64,000 nucleotides of DNA, taken from positions 1 through 64,000 of the IMG/VR virus record IMGVR_UViG_3300032213_001850. The stretch is one strand, 5' to 3'. A program made the position numbers and the translations under genes. This stretch comes from a virus. Below the pieces are notes generated by a model. The model saw nothing but the letters and a program-made list of their open reading frames with translations, was not told where the DNA came from and did not search any database. Below, one piece after another: positions 49,915 through 59,596 of this stretch; the stretch's first letter is position 1; the number at the start of each line of letters is the position of its first letter.

Positions 49915-50645
49915 TAAAAGAATATCTTACCAACAATCACACCATTGATGAAAACGGAAACATGATTTTGGAACCAGTAAAATATCGTTGGTCACATGGT
50001 GCAACCGATTTACACTTAGGAGATGGATTGCTGATATATTCACTCATAATGTTTAATAGAGCAAAGATATGTGTATGTATTGGGTCAGGAGGTGGATTTA
50101 TACCACGTCTTATGACACAAGCTAGAAAAGATTTATGGGAACAAAAGATATTTGAAGGAAATCCACAACAAGAATGGGGAGATATTGGAACTACAATTAT
50201 AGTGGATGCTGCAAATGGTATTGGGGGACATACTGATTGGTTAAATGAAGATTCTTTTTTAAGATATCATTTTACACCACAAATAATTTTAGAAACATCG
50301 GAAAAATCATTTTATGATTATTTTGTAAGACAAGATATTAAAATAGATTATTTGCATATCGATGGTGACCATTCTTATGAGGGAGTTAAAAAAGATTTTG
50401 AATTATATTCAACAATTATGTCTGAAAATTCAATTATTACTATTCATGATAGTGACCAAAATTACCATGATACACTTATAGTTACTGAAAATTCTAAAAA
50501 AGATTTTGTTCCTTTTGAAGGGCCTGCAAGGTTTATTAAAGATTTAGAAAAAAATGAGGATTGGAATTTGGTAAATTTAAAAAATTTCCGTATGTTTGAT
50601 AAAAAAGTTACAAGTACAGGTTTAACACTGTTAACTAGAAAATAA
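49890..50645 (+). CDS. Class I SAM methyltransferase (Methyltransf_24-like)
   Basis: CIGSGGG, IDYLHIDGDHSYEGVKKDF, IHD. Confidence 0.8.
   Translation: MQLLNQKLIKEYLTNNHTIDENGNMILEPVKYRWSHGATDLHLGDGLLIYSLIMFNRAKICVCIGSGGGFIPRLMTQARKDLWEQKIFEGNPQQEWGDIGTTIIVDAANGIGGHTDWLNEDSFLRYHFTPQIILETSEKSFYDYFVRQDIKIDYLHIDGDHSYEGVKKDFELYSTIMSENSIITIHDSDQNYHDTLIVTENSKKDFVPFEGPARFIKDLEKNEDWNLVNLKNFRMFDKKVTSTGLTLLTRK
50567..50598 (+). promoter_or_regulatory. Bacteroidota-type promoter inside the 3' end of the methyltransferase gene
   Basis: TTTGG at 50567 and exact TAnnTTTG (TATGTTTG) at 50591. Confidence 0.55.
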
Positions 50646-50654
50646 AAAAACTAA

Positions 50655-51497
50655 ATGAAAAAAACAAGATTAGTAACAGTTACAGGTTCAAGAACATTAA
50701 CACTTTGGCATATGTTAAATCATTATAAAAATATGGTGGATGAAATGTATGTCGTAGTTTATGAGTGGGATGGTACAAATATTTTAAAAGAAGTTGGTAG
50801 AATATTAGAAAATTTTCCAACTGCTAAGATTGTTAAAGTAGAAAGGAGGGAAAAGTTTAATTGGGAAGTTGTTACACAATTATATAATGAAACTAAATTG
50901 ATGCATCCTGATGATTGGTGGGTTGTTTCTGATGATGATGAATTTCATGTATATCAAATGCCTTTACCATTTATGATTGAAGATTGTGAAGAAAATAATT
51001 GGGATATGATAAGAGGTGGGTTTATTGATAGAATTGGTGAAGATGGTAGTTTTCCTGAAATACAACCATATAAAAATATATTTGAACAATTTCCACTTGC
51101 AGGATTTTTTAGATATCCATTATCAGGTGCTTGTCCTAATAAAGTGTGTGTTATGAAAGGATATGTTGAGATAACTCCTGGCCAACACTATGCTAAATTA
51201 AATGGTGAAACTACTTGGGGTTTGCAAGACAACAATAAATTAATAGCACCTATTGATAGATATTCTACTCAGGTCCACCATTTTAAATGGGATAGTACGT
51301 GTATAGAAAGAATTAAAGCTGTAGCAGATATTAAAAAAGATTATGCATATTCAAAAGAATATCTAAAAATGTATCAAGCAATTAGAAGTAATAATTTTCA
51401 AATTGATATTACTAATCCGGAATTTATGATGGAGAATATAGGTGAAGGAGAATATTCTCAATGGAAAAATCTTTTTGCAAAAATTGTTACAATATAG
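50655..51497 (+). CDS. GT-A/GT2-like glycosyltransferase
   Basis: HMLNHY, WWVVSDDDEF (DxD), GQHY, HHFKW. Confidence 0.7.
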   Translation: MKKTRLVTVTGSRTLTLWHMLNHYKNMVDEMYVVVYEWDGTNILKEVGRILENFPTAKIVKVERREKFNWEVVTQLYNETKLMHPDDWWVVSDDDEFHVYQMPLPFMIEDCEENNWDMIRGGFIDRIGEDGSFPEIQPYKNIFEQFPLAGFFRYPLSGACPNKVCVMKGYVEITPGQHYAKLNGETTWGLQDNNKLIAPIDRYSTQVHHFKWDSTCIERIKAVADIKKDYAYSKEYLKMYQAIRSNNFQIDITNPEFMMENIGEGEYSQWKNLFAKIVTI

Positions 51498-51527
51498 TTT
51501 GGTAATTTGAATAAAAAATCATATATT
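51498..51527 (+). promoter_or_regulatory. Bacteroidota-type promoter
   Basis: TTTGGTAAT at 51498, TATATT at 51522. Confidence 0.6.
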
Positions 51528-51544
51528 TAAAAAAATAAGTTATT

Positions 51545-51760
51545 ATGGCAAAAACAACAACAAAAACAGAAACAACGGCAACTAATCAAAATGAATTATT
51601 TTTATTAGAACAAAGAAAAGTAAAAGCTTTAGAAAAAATAGGCAATTCTTTGGATGCTTTAGTTATTTGGTTTGAAGAAATTAATAAAGATGAGTGGAGT
51701 GAAAGAACTCAATATTATTTATCCGAATTCCATAGAAAGATTATAAATAATGAGGATTAG
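51545..51760 (+). CDS. Hypothetical protein
   Basis: ORF after promoter, overlapping next gene. Confidence 0.65.
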   Translation: MAKTTTKTETTATNQNELFLLEQRKVKALEKIGNSLDALVIWFEEINKDEWSERTQYYLSEFHRKIINNED

Positions 51761-53168
51761 TCCATATAGATTGGGAGTAATAGTACCTTACAGAAATCGT
51801 TATGAACATTTAGAAAGATTTAAAACGGTAATGACTACCTATTTAGATTATCTAAAAATAAAATACGAATTGATTATTGTCGAGCAAGATGATGCAAAAC
51901 AATTTAATAGAGGTATGTTATTAAACATTGGTTTTAAAATTGCAAAAGAAAAAAAATGTCACTATGTTGTATTTCACGATGTAGATATGCTTCCGGTTGG
52001 TGTTGATTATTCTTATTCGGAAATTCCATTACATTTATCAACAAACTTTATTACGGAACCTGGTGAAAAAGAAAGAATTTTATTTGATACTTACTTTGGA
52101 GGTGTTACATTATTTCCTGTAAAAGATTTCGAAGAAATTGATGGATATTCTAATAAATACTGGGGATGGGGATATGAAGATGATGATTTACTATTTAGAT
52201 GTAAGGAAAAAATGATTCCATTAAATACACTAAAAATTAAAAATTTGGGTAAAAAAGGAAAAGCATTAAAATTTAATGGAATAAATTCATATGTTAAATC
52301 TAAAAATATAATTGATTTTAATTCAAATTTTACAATTTTTGTATCGTTTTATCCCGATGAATTAGAGTTAAATTATTTAAAAGAATGGGACGAGTTTACT
52401 ATATTCAGTATACCTGGATATGATTTTGCAATTAGTTATAGTTCTTTTAAAAGATATAATTTTTGTACATTTGACAATAAAAAAAATGCATTATATGTTA
52501 ATTCAAATATAAAAACAAATTATAAAACAAACTTTACAATTACATCGGATATAAAATCAAAAACGTTCAAAGTATATCAGGATGGAAAATTCATAGGAGA
52601 AACAAATTCATATAAAAAGTTATATAATTATTCCGAACAACCGAATTTTTATTTAGGTGTAGGTAATCCGGAAAGAGAAGGTGACGAAAGATTTTTTAAA
52701 GGACATATGGATTCATTTGCTTATTATGATTCTTTATTATCAGATGAACAAATTTTAGAAATATCAACTACTCAAGAAAATTTTAGAAAATTAGAATCCA
52801 ATTTTAATTTAAAAACTTATTATAATGCAAATGATATGATTGATTATAAATTAAAAGATTTATCAAGAAATAAAAATATTGGAGAAATATTTGGATGTGA
52901 AATAGTTGATTTGGATTTTGATGAATATACTGAAATACAAATACCACATAGAAGACCATCTACATTTCATTCTTTAAAACACGAAGAAAATGGATTTGTT
53001 ACCAATAGTTGGAAAGATAAAGCAACAAGATGGAATCAATTAAGATTTGAAAATGAAGTAACAAAACATTCATCATTAATAACAAGAGATGGAATTTCTA
53101 CATTAGATTATGCTGTTCATGGTATTGTAGAAAACGGAAAAATAACACAAGTAAATGTAGCAATATAA
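51750..53168 (+). CDS. GT7 (beta-1,4-galactosyltransferase-like) glycosyltransferase with inserted LamG-like domain
   Basis: IVPYRNR, FNRGMLLN, FHDVDMLP, YFGGV, GYSNKYWGWGYEDDD; insert starting ALKFNGINSYV. Confidence 0.85.
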   Translation: MRISPYRLGVIVPYRNRYEHLERFKTVMTTYLDYLKIKYELIIVEQDDAKQFNRGMLLNIGFKIAKEKKCHYVVFHDVDMLPVGVDYSYSEIPLHLSTNFITEPGEKERILFDTYFGGVTLFPVKDFEEIDGYSNKYWGWGYEDDDLLFRCKEKMIPLNTLKIKNLGKKGKALKFNGINSYVKSKNIIDFNSNFTIFVSFYPDELELNYLKEWDEFTIFSIPGYDFAISYSSFKRYNFCTFDNKKNALYVNSNIKTNYKTNFTITSDIKSKTFKVYQDGKFIGETNSYKKLYNYSEQPNFYLGVGNPEREGDERFFKGHMDSFAYYDSLLSDEQILEISTTQENFRKLESNFNLKTYYNANDMIDYKLKDLSRNKNIGEIFGCEIVDLDFDEYTEIQIPHRRPSTFHSLKHEENGFVTNSWKDKATRWNQLRFENEVTKHSSLITRDGISTLDYAVHGIVENGKITQVNVAI

Positions 53169-54571
53169 TGAAATTAGGAGTTTGTGTCCCATATCGTAAC
53201 AGAGAAGAGCATATGAATATATTTGTTCCTCATGTATCAAAGTTCTTAGAAGAAAGAGGAATTGAACACACAATATATCTTGCACACCAATGTGACGATA
53301 AATTATTCAATAGAGGTTTAATGAAAAACATTGCAGCAAAGTATGCATTTGACGATGGGTGTGATTATATAGTATGGCACGATATTGATATGGTTCCTGA
53401 AGATGATAGTTGTGATTATTCATTTCCAAAAGATAATCCACAACACATAGCAGTTCGAATTTCACAATCTGATTATCAATTAAAATATGAGGAATACTTT
53501 GGAGGTGCAGTTGTATTCTCAAAAGAACAAGTTGAAAAAACAAATGGTTATTCAAATGATTATTGGGATTGGGGTATGGAAGATGATGATTTGTTTTGGA
53601 GATGTGTAATGGAGGGATATGCAGAAAAAACTAAATTGGATTATAATGTAGAAAAATTTGTAGGATACTTTAATGGTACGGATGCAAAGATAAGTTATAA
53701 ACCTTCTAGAGAACAAAAAGATTGTTTACATGAATCACATACGGTATCAATATTGGTAAAATCAGACCAACAAATAGAAAAAGCACCAATTTGGTTAATA
53801 GGTGACGCCGATAGACAATTTATAGAATACCCAATATTCAGAAAACCTGGTTATGATTGGGGATTATCTTTTAATAATAGTAGAGCATATACAATGCAAC
53901 TTTGGGATAGAATGCGAAATCATTTATATCAATGGATTAAACGATATGAAAATCAATGGAGTTGGATAACAATGGCCGTTGATGCTGAGAATAAAAAAAT
54001 ACATTTCTATCTAAATGGTAGAGAAAGTGATGCAAGATTAGGAACAGGTACACAATCACCATTGAAATATGATGAATCTTTAAAAAGATATGCAATGGAA
54101 CCATTCAATATTGGTTATTCTAAATCTCCTGTTGAAATATTTTTTAAAGGATACATTTCTGATATTAAAATGTGGAATAGATACTTAACTGCAAATGAAA
54201 TAAAAAATTTACACAAGAAAACTCCACAAGAAAATTTGATATTAGATTTTGACTTTGACAATGAAGTAGATAATTTAGAAAATGTAGAAATTTTAAAAGA
54301 AAAAATAGAAATACCACATACAATATTACCTTATAGAAAAGATGGTAAATTTTTATGTTTACCACATCAAACTGAGGGATTGATTAACGAAGGCGGAATT
54401 GATAAATGGGCAAAAGGTAAAACAACGGCAGAAAATGAAAGAAGATATGTGCTTCAAATGCAACAAGGTAAAATAAATTATAAAAAAGATGGAATCAATA
54501 GTATGAAATACGAATTTATTTCAATAGACACTATTTATAATAAGCACAAAATGATAAATGTAAAAGCATAG
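53168..54571 (+). CDS. GT7 glycosyltransferase with inserted LamG-like domain, paralog
   Basis: VPYRNR, FNRGLMKN, WHDIDMVP, YFGGA, GYSNDYWDWGMEDDD; insert with FYLNG...FKGYISDIKMWNRYLT. Confidence 0.85.
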   Translation: MKLGVCVPYRNREEHMNIFVPHVSKFLEERGIEHTIYLAHQCDDKLFNRGLMKNIAAKYAFDDGCDYIVWHDIDMVPEDDSCDYSFPKDNPQHIAVRISQSDYQLKYEEYFGGAVVFSKEQVEKTNGYSNDYWDWGMEDDDLFWRCVMEGYAEKTKLDYNVEKFVGYFNGTDAKISYKPSREQKDCLHESHTVSILVKSDQQIEKAPIWLIGDADRQFIEYPIFRKPGYDWGLSFNNSRAYTMQLWDRMRNHLYQWIKRYENQWSWITMAVDAENKKIHFYLNGRESDARLGTGTQSPLKYDESLKRYAMEPFNIGYSKSPVEIFFKGYISDIKMWNRYLTANEIKNLHKKTPQENLILDFDFDNEVDNLENVEILKEKIEIPHTILPYRKDGKFLCLPHQTEGLINEGGIDKWAKGKTTAENERRYVLQMQQGKINYKKDGINSMKYEFISIDTIYNKHKMINVKA

Positions 54572-54573
54572 TT

Positions 54574-55974
54574 ATGGCATATAAAAAACCTCTTTACGAA
54601 GATGTAAAGAATACTTTGGATGGAGTTGGTAAAGGGATGTGTTTGGCAAAATGGACACAAGTAACAGCCCACTTACACACAGGACACAATCATAGTTGTC
54701 ACCACCCAAATACACATAAAATATCAGAACAAGAAATTAAAAGAAACCCATCTGCAATTCATAACACTTTGTTTAAAAAACAGAGAAGAAAAGAAATGAT
54801 GAATGGTGCAAGACCTACTGAATGTGATTATTGTTGGGGTGTAGAAGATAATTCCGATTTATATTCTGATAGAGTTTTTAAATCATCCGAAGATTGGAGT
54901 TGGCCATTGGCAGACCAAATTATTAATTCAAATTGGAGAGATGATTTTAACCCACGTTATGTGGAAGTTGCATTCTCTAATACTTGTAATTTTAAATGCT
55001 CTTATTGTTCACCAACATTCTCTACAACTTGGATGGATGAGATTCAACAATTTGGTGGTTATAATACAACTGACCATTTTAATGATTTGAAACACCTTGC
55101 TGCGGAACAAAAAATGCCAATACCAAATAGAGAACACAATCCATATGTAGAAGCATTTTGGAAATGGTGGCCGGATTTATATAGGGATTTACACACATTT
55201 AGAATTACAGGTGGTGAACCATTATTATCAAAAGATACTTGGAAAGTATTGGATTATATTATTGATGAACCAAACCCAAACAAAAATTTAGATTTTTCAA
55301 TAAACACTAACTTAGGTGTACCTGATGAACTAATTACTAAATTAATTGAAAAATTAAAAAGAATTACTGAAGAAGATAAAGTAAAAGGATTTGTATTATT
55401 TACATCTTGTGATGCATGGGGTGAACAAGCTGAATACATTCGTAATGGTTTAGAGTTTCCTAGATTTTGGAATAATGTAAATAGAATTTTAAGAGAAGTT
55501 CCAAGAATCACTATTACATTTATGGTAACTTATAATATGTTATCTGTATTTAGTTTTGATAAATTAATTAAAGGTGTATATCAATTAAAAAATGATTATG
55601 CAGGAGACGATAGATATTGGTTATCACCGGTATTATTAGATACATCGTATTTAAGACACCCTCGTCATCAAACGGTTCAAATACTTCCACATCAATTTAA
55701 ACAAAACATATTTGACCAAGCTCAGTTAGCATTCTATCATGGTATTCCATATTATTCAAAAGGATATGTTGGGTATTCCGATTTAGAAATTCAAAAACTA
55801 AAAAGAACATACGATTGGGCAATATCACCAATAAAAGATGAAGAATTACACAAAGCAAGATATAATTTTTATCAATTCTTTAGTGAACATGATAAAAGAA
55901 GAGGAACAAACTTTTGTAAAACATTCCCAGAATTAGAAGAATTTTATCATTTCACAAAAACAATACAGTTATAA
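54574..55974 (+). CDS. Radical SAM enzyme with N-terminal twitch-like Cys cluster
   Basis: CLAKW...SCHH...ECDYCW; CNFKCSYC; ITGGEPLL; INTNL. Confidence 0.85.
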   Translation: MAYKKPLYEDVKNTLDGVGKGMCLAKWTQVTAHLHTGHNHSCHHPNTHKISEQEIKRNPSAIHNTLFKKQRRKEMMNGARPTECDYCWGVEDNSDLYSDRVFKSSEDWSWPLADQIINSNWRDDFNPRYVEVAFSNTCNFKCSYCSPTFSTTWMDEIQQFGGYNTTDHFNDLKHLAAEQKMPIPNREHNPYVEAFWKWWPDLYRDLHTFRITGGEPLLSKDTWKVLDYIIDEPNPNKNLDFSINTNLGVPDELITKLIEKLKRITEEDKVKGFVLFTSCDAWGEQAEYIRNGLEFPRFWNNVNRILREVPRITITFMVTYNMLSVFSFDKLIKGVYQLKNDYAGDDRYWLSPVLLDTSYLRHPRHQTVQILPHQFKQNIFDQAQLAFYHGIPYYSKGYVGYSDLEIQKLKRTYDWAISPIKDEELHKARYNFYQFFSEHDKRRGTNFCKTFPELEEFYHFTKTIQL

Positions 55975-55975
55975 T

Positions 55976-56710
55976 ATGCACAAAATAGAACATAAAAAAC
56001 CTTTAATAATGGCAGATTTGCCATGGTGGCCACATAATGCATATGGTATTATAGATACCGCTGCATTCTATGTTATGAATGAAAATGATTGGACAATAAG
56101 TGGTACATGGAAAAGAAGTGAGAATTCCGATAATGCCGACGAAATGGCAGGTATTTTTATTCGTAGGGGATTACATACGGGTATTGTTTATAGAAAACCT
56201 GATATGATTATGATAAATTTTTGGTATATTGAAAACGATGAAGAAAAATATGCCGATAGAATTTTATTTTACAAAGACCAAAAGTTTTGGGATAAACCAC
56301 ATTTATTTACATTAAATTGGGATTCTAAAACATTTACATATGAATTATGGATTGATAATGAAATGGTTAATACCGAAACATTGGGTGGTAAATTGAGAGA
56401 TTATGTAAATTCACCATATTTTATTGGAGCGGCAGATACAAAAGGAGAATTCAGTTGGGCCCAAGAATGTTATACGGATTTCTTTATGGTATCTAAGAAA
56501 AAATTAGATGGTAAAACTTGCAACAATTTTAGAAGAAATATAAAAAAATATACAAAACCAAATAAATATGGGTTTAATATAGTTGATAAAGAACCATTAG
56601 GATTATTGGCATGTTTTGATTTCCAAAACGAAACACCATATAAATTTTGGGATGTAACGGGAAATAATAATCATTTAATGAAACATTGTAAAGCCTTAGA
56701 AATGTTATAA
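55976..56710 (+). CDS. LamG/ConA-like domain protein
   Basis: WTISGTW, ELWIDNE, FIGA, FDF...WDVTGNNNH. Confidence 0.55.
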   Translation: MHKIEHKKPLIMADLPWWPHNAYGIIDTAAFYVMNENDWTISGTWKRSENSDNADEMAGIFIRRGLHTGIVYRKPDMIMINFWYIENDEEKYADRILFYKDQKFWDKPHLFTLNWDSKTFTYELWIDNEMVNTETLGGKLRDYVNSPYFIGAADTKGEFSWAQECYTDFFMVSKKKLDGKTCNNFRRNIKKYTKPNKYGFNIVDKEPLGLLACFDFQNETPYKFWDVTGNNNHLMKHCKALEML

Positions 56711-56711
56711 T

Positions 56712-57683
56712 ATGAAAATACTAATTACAGGAGGAGCTGGTTATCTTGGTTCGGTTATAACCGGCCATATGTTAAAAGAAGGTTATAAAGTAATTGTTTT
56801 GGATAAATTAATTTTTAACCAAACATCATTACTCCAATATACTTCAAATAATAATTTTAAATTTATTCATGGTGATGTGCGTAATGAAAAATTATTAGAA
56901 AAACTTTGCAATGAAGTGGATGTAATAATTCCTCTTGCTGCAATTGTAGGATTTCCTGCATGTGCATCTGAACCTGATTTGGCAAGAGAAATTAATTTCC
57001 AACAAATAGTAAACATAGTTAAATTTACAAACGGAAAAGGTAAAAAGATTTTATATCCAAATACAAATAGTGGATATGGTTTAAGTACAGGACAATTAGA
57101 ATGTACCGAAGAATCACCACTAACTCCAATATCAGTTTATGGTACTACTAAATGTGAAGCTGAAAACTTTTTAAGAACTGCAACCGATTCAATTATATTT
57201 AGATTAGCAACTGTATTTGGTGTCTCACAAAGAATGAGAACAGATTTATTAATTAATGATTTTACTTATAAAGCAATTACCGACAAATATATTGTTGTAT
57301 TTGAAAAAACATTTAAAAGAAATTTTATTCATATAGAAGATGTTGCAAATGCATTTGTGTTTATGTTAAAAAATTATGATAAATATAAAGGTGAAGTTTT
57401 CAATGTAGGATTAAGTGATGCAAATCTTTCAAAGCAAGAATTGCTCGAAAAAATACAGACACATGTAAAAGATTTTGCAGTAGTATATGATGATTATTAT
57501 GAAGACCCGGATAAACGAAATTATATTGTATCTAATGAAAAAATAGAAGCAACTGGTTGGAAACCGGAATGGAATTTAGATAGAGGTATTGAACAATTAA
57601 TAATGGCTTACCAAATGATTGTACCAAAAATGGGTGCAGAATTTAGAAATGGATTTCCTTTGGGATACGCAAATCAAACATAG
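56712..57683 (+). CDS. NAD-dependent nucleotide-sugar epimerase/dehydratase
   Basis: ITGGAGYLGS, LAAIVG, YGTTK, RLATVFG. Confidence 0.9.
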   Translation: MKILITGGAGYLGSVITGHMLKEGYKVIVLDKLIFNQTSLLQYTSNNNFKFIHGDVRNEKLLEKLCNEVDVIIPLAAIVGFPACASEPDLAREINFQQIVNIVKFTNGKGKKILYPNTNSGYGLSTGQLECTEESPLTPISVYGTTKCEAENFLRTATDSIIFRLATVFGVSQRMRTDLLINDFTYKAITDKYIVVFEKTFKRNFIHIEDVANAFVFMLKNYDKYKGEVFNVGLSDANLSKQELLEKIQTHVKDFAVVYDDYYEDPDKRNYIVSNEKIEATGWKPEWNLDRGIEQLIMAYQMIVPKMGAEFRNGFPLGYANQT

Positions 57684-57684
57684 T

Positions 57685-58230
57685 ATGAGTAATAAATGGG
57701 ATGAGTTTCAAATTACTCCATCAAAAAAATTTGGTTATGAAGTACCAACATATACTCCATCAATTTATAGAGAATATAGAGGTGAGATATTTACAACCTT
57801 TCATTCGGAGGAACATCCAGTAATGACACAAATACATTATGATAAAAGTGAGATTAGTATTCATGGTAGATTTTCAAAATCATACAAAGGTGTATTAAGA
57901 GGATTACATTGGGATAGTAAAACGTGGAAATTAGTACAAGCTGCAGTGGGTGATATCTATTTAGTCGTTTTAGATATGAGACTAAACTCACCAACATCAG
58001 GAGAGTGGGAGTCTTTTATTATATCCGAAAGAAATAGAAATCAAGTATTAGTTCCACCAGGCTTTGCAAATGGACATTACGCATTAACTGATTGTATGTT
58101 TCATTATAACTTATTTTACAAAGATGGTTATGTTGATGCAGATGAGCAAGGTGTAGTTAAATGGAATGACCCGGAATATCAAATGGAATGGCCAACTACA
58201 AATCCAATACTACAAAAAAGAGATAGATAA
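57685..58230 (+). CDS. rmlC: dTDP-4-dehydrorhamnose 3,5-epimerase family
   Basis: RGEIF, SYKGVLRGLH, KLV, DMRLNSPT, VPPGFANG, WNDP. Confidence 0.85.
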   Translation: MSNKWDEFQITPSKKFGYEVPTYTPSIYREYRGEIFTTFHSEEHPVMTQIHYDKSEISIHGRFSKSYKGVLRGLHWDSKTWKLVQAAVGDIYLVVLDMRLNSPTSGEWESFIISERNRNQVLVPPGFANGHYALTDCMFHYNLFYKDGYVDADEQGVVKWNDPEYQMEWPTTNPILQKRDR

Positions 58231-58961
58231 TGTATGATTTAATAATAGGTTTTGGTTGTTCTTTTATGGAAGGTGGAGGACTTGATAATCCAGAAATTCA
58301 TAAAAGAATAAATAAATTAAATAAAGTGGCAGAATTGGAAGATGCTATTATTTTTAAACATAAAAATAATTTTATTGCATATTTGGGAGAAATTTATAAA
58401 TGTGAATATATCAATTTAGCAGAATCTAGATGTCCAAATGATTTGATTTTTCAAAATATATACAATTATTTTAACAATAAAAAAATTGATAAAAAAATAT
58501 TAATGGTCGGCCAAATTAGTTTATTTAGTCGTTTATATCTTTATTATGAAAAAACAAAAGAATATTTAAAATTAAATAGTTTAGATTTTAATTTACCACC
58601 ATTTAATAGTGAAGATAGATATAAAGAATTATATCAATATTATCAAAATTATTTATCATATGTATACAATGAAAATTTGGTATATAATAAAATTATTAGA
58701 GATATTGTAACATACACAAAATGGTTAGAATCCATTGGAATTAGTTGTATTTGGTTGTCGTATGATGGAACACCACATCAATTTTCAGAATCAAAAAATT
58801 TTATAAAATTCAACGGAGATAATTTAGGTGCATGGATTGAAAAAAATAAATTAAGATTGTGTGATATTTCTGAATTAGAAACGGGAGATTTGCATATGTC
58901 AATTGAAGGGCATGAGTTGGTAGCAAAAAAAATATATGAACATTTAAATAAAAATATATGA
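58230..58961 (+). CDS. SGNH/GDSL-like protein
   Basis: GFGCSFMEG, DLHMSIEGH. Confidence 0.7.
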   Translation: MYDLIIGFGCSFMEGGGLDNPEIHKRINKLNKVAELEDAIIFKHKNNFIAYLGEIYKCEYINLAESRCPNDLIFQNIYNYFNNKKIDKKILMVGQISLFSRLYLYYEKTKEYLKLNSLDFNLPPFNSEDRYKELYQYYQNYLSYVYNENLVYNKIIRDIVTYTKWLESIGISCIWLSYDGTPHQFSESKNFIKFNGDNLGAWIEKNKLRLCDISELETGDLHMSIEGHELVAKKIYEHLNKNI

Positions 58962-59596
58962 TAAAAAATTTAGAACAATATCCAATAGTAAGAACTGAGA
59001 CCGAAATTGGTTGGACACCGGAAAAATTAATCAGATTTGAAAATAGAATAGTAGAACATTGGGAAAATGCAAAAATCACAGGCCCTATACACTTATCAAA
59101 TGGTAATGAAGAACAATTGATTGAAATATTCAAAAGAGTTTCTGAAAATGATTGGGTATTCAGTACTTGGCGTTCACACTACCATTGGTTGTTAAAAGGA
59201 ATATCGTCCGATTATGCAGAGGAACTTATTTTGCAAGGTAAATCTATTACTTTATGTGATATAGACCATAAATTCTATGCTTCTGCAATTGTAGGAGGTA
59301 CTCTATCAATTGCATTGGGAGTTGCAATGGGAATTAAGCAAAAAGGAACTGACGAAAAAGTATTTGTATTCATTGGTGATATGTCATTTGAAAGTGGTAT
59401 ATTTTATGAAGTTCATAAATATGCAAGAAACTTTGACTTACCAATTGTATTTGTTGTAGAAGATAATGATGTTTCAACTTATACACCAACCGAAGCAACT
59501 TGGAATACAAAAAGAGAAATCCCATCGGATGTAATTCATTATACATATAAATCAAAATTCCCACATTATGGAACTGGAAAGTGGATTGCCTTTTAA
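58958..59596 (+). CDS. TPP-dependent dehydrogenase E1 alpha-like subunit
   Basis: GPIHLSNGNEE, STWRSHYH, GDMSFESG...VVEDN (TPP-binding motif). Confidence 0.85.
   Translation: MIKNLEQYPIVRTETEIGWTPEKLIRFENRIVEHWENAKITGPIHLSNGNEEQLIEIFKRVSENDWVFSTWRSHYHWLLKGISSDYAEELILQGKSITLCDIDHKFYASAIVGGTLSIALGVAMGIKQKGTDEKVFVFIGDMSFESGIFYEVHKYARNFDLPIVFVVEDNDVSTYTPTEATWNTKREIPSDVIHYTYKSKFPHYGTGKWIAF

Noticed and set aside
58958-59596. Pyruvate dehydrogenase as a central-metabolism auxiliary gene
   Set aside because: Short alpha subunit only, embedded among nucleotide-sugar genes, with no E2/E3 in the window
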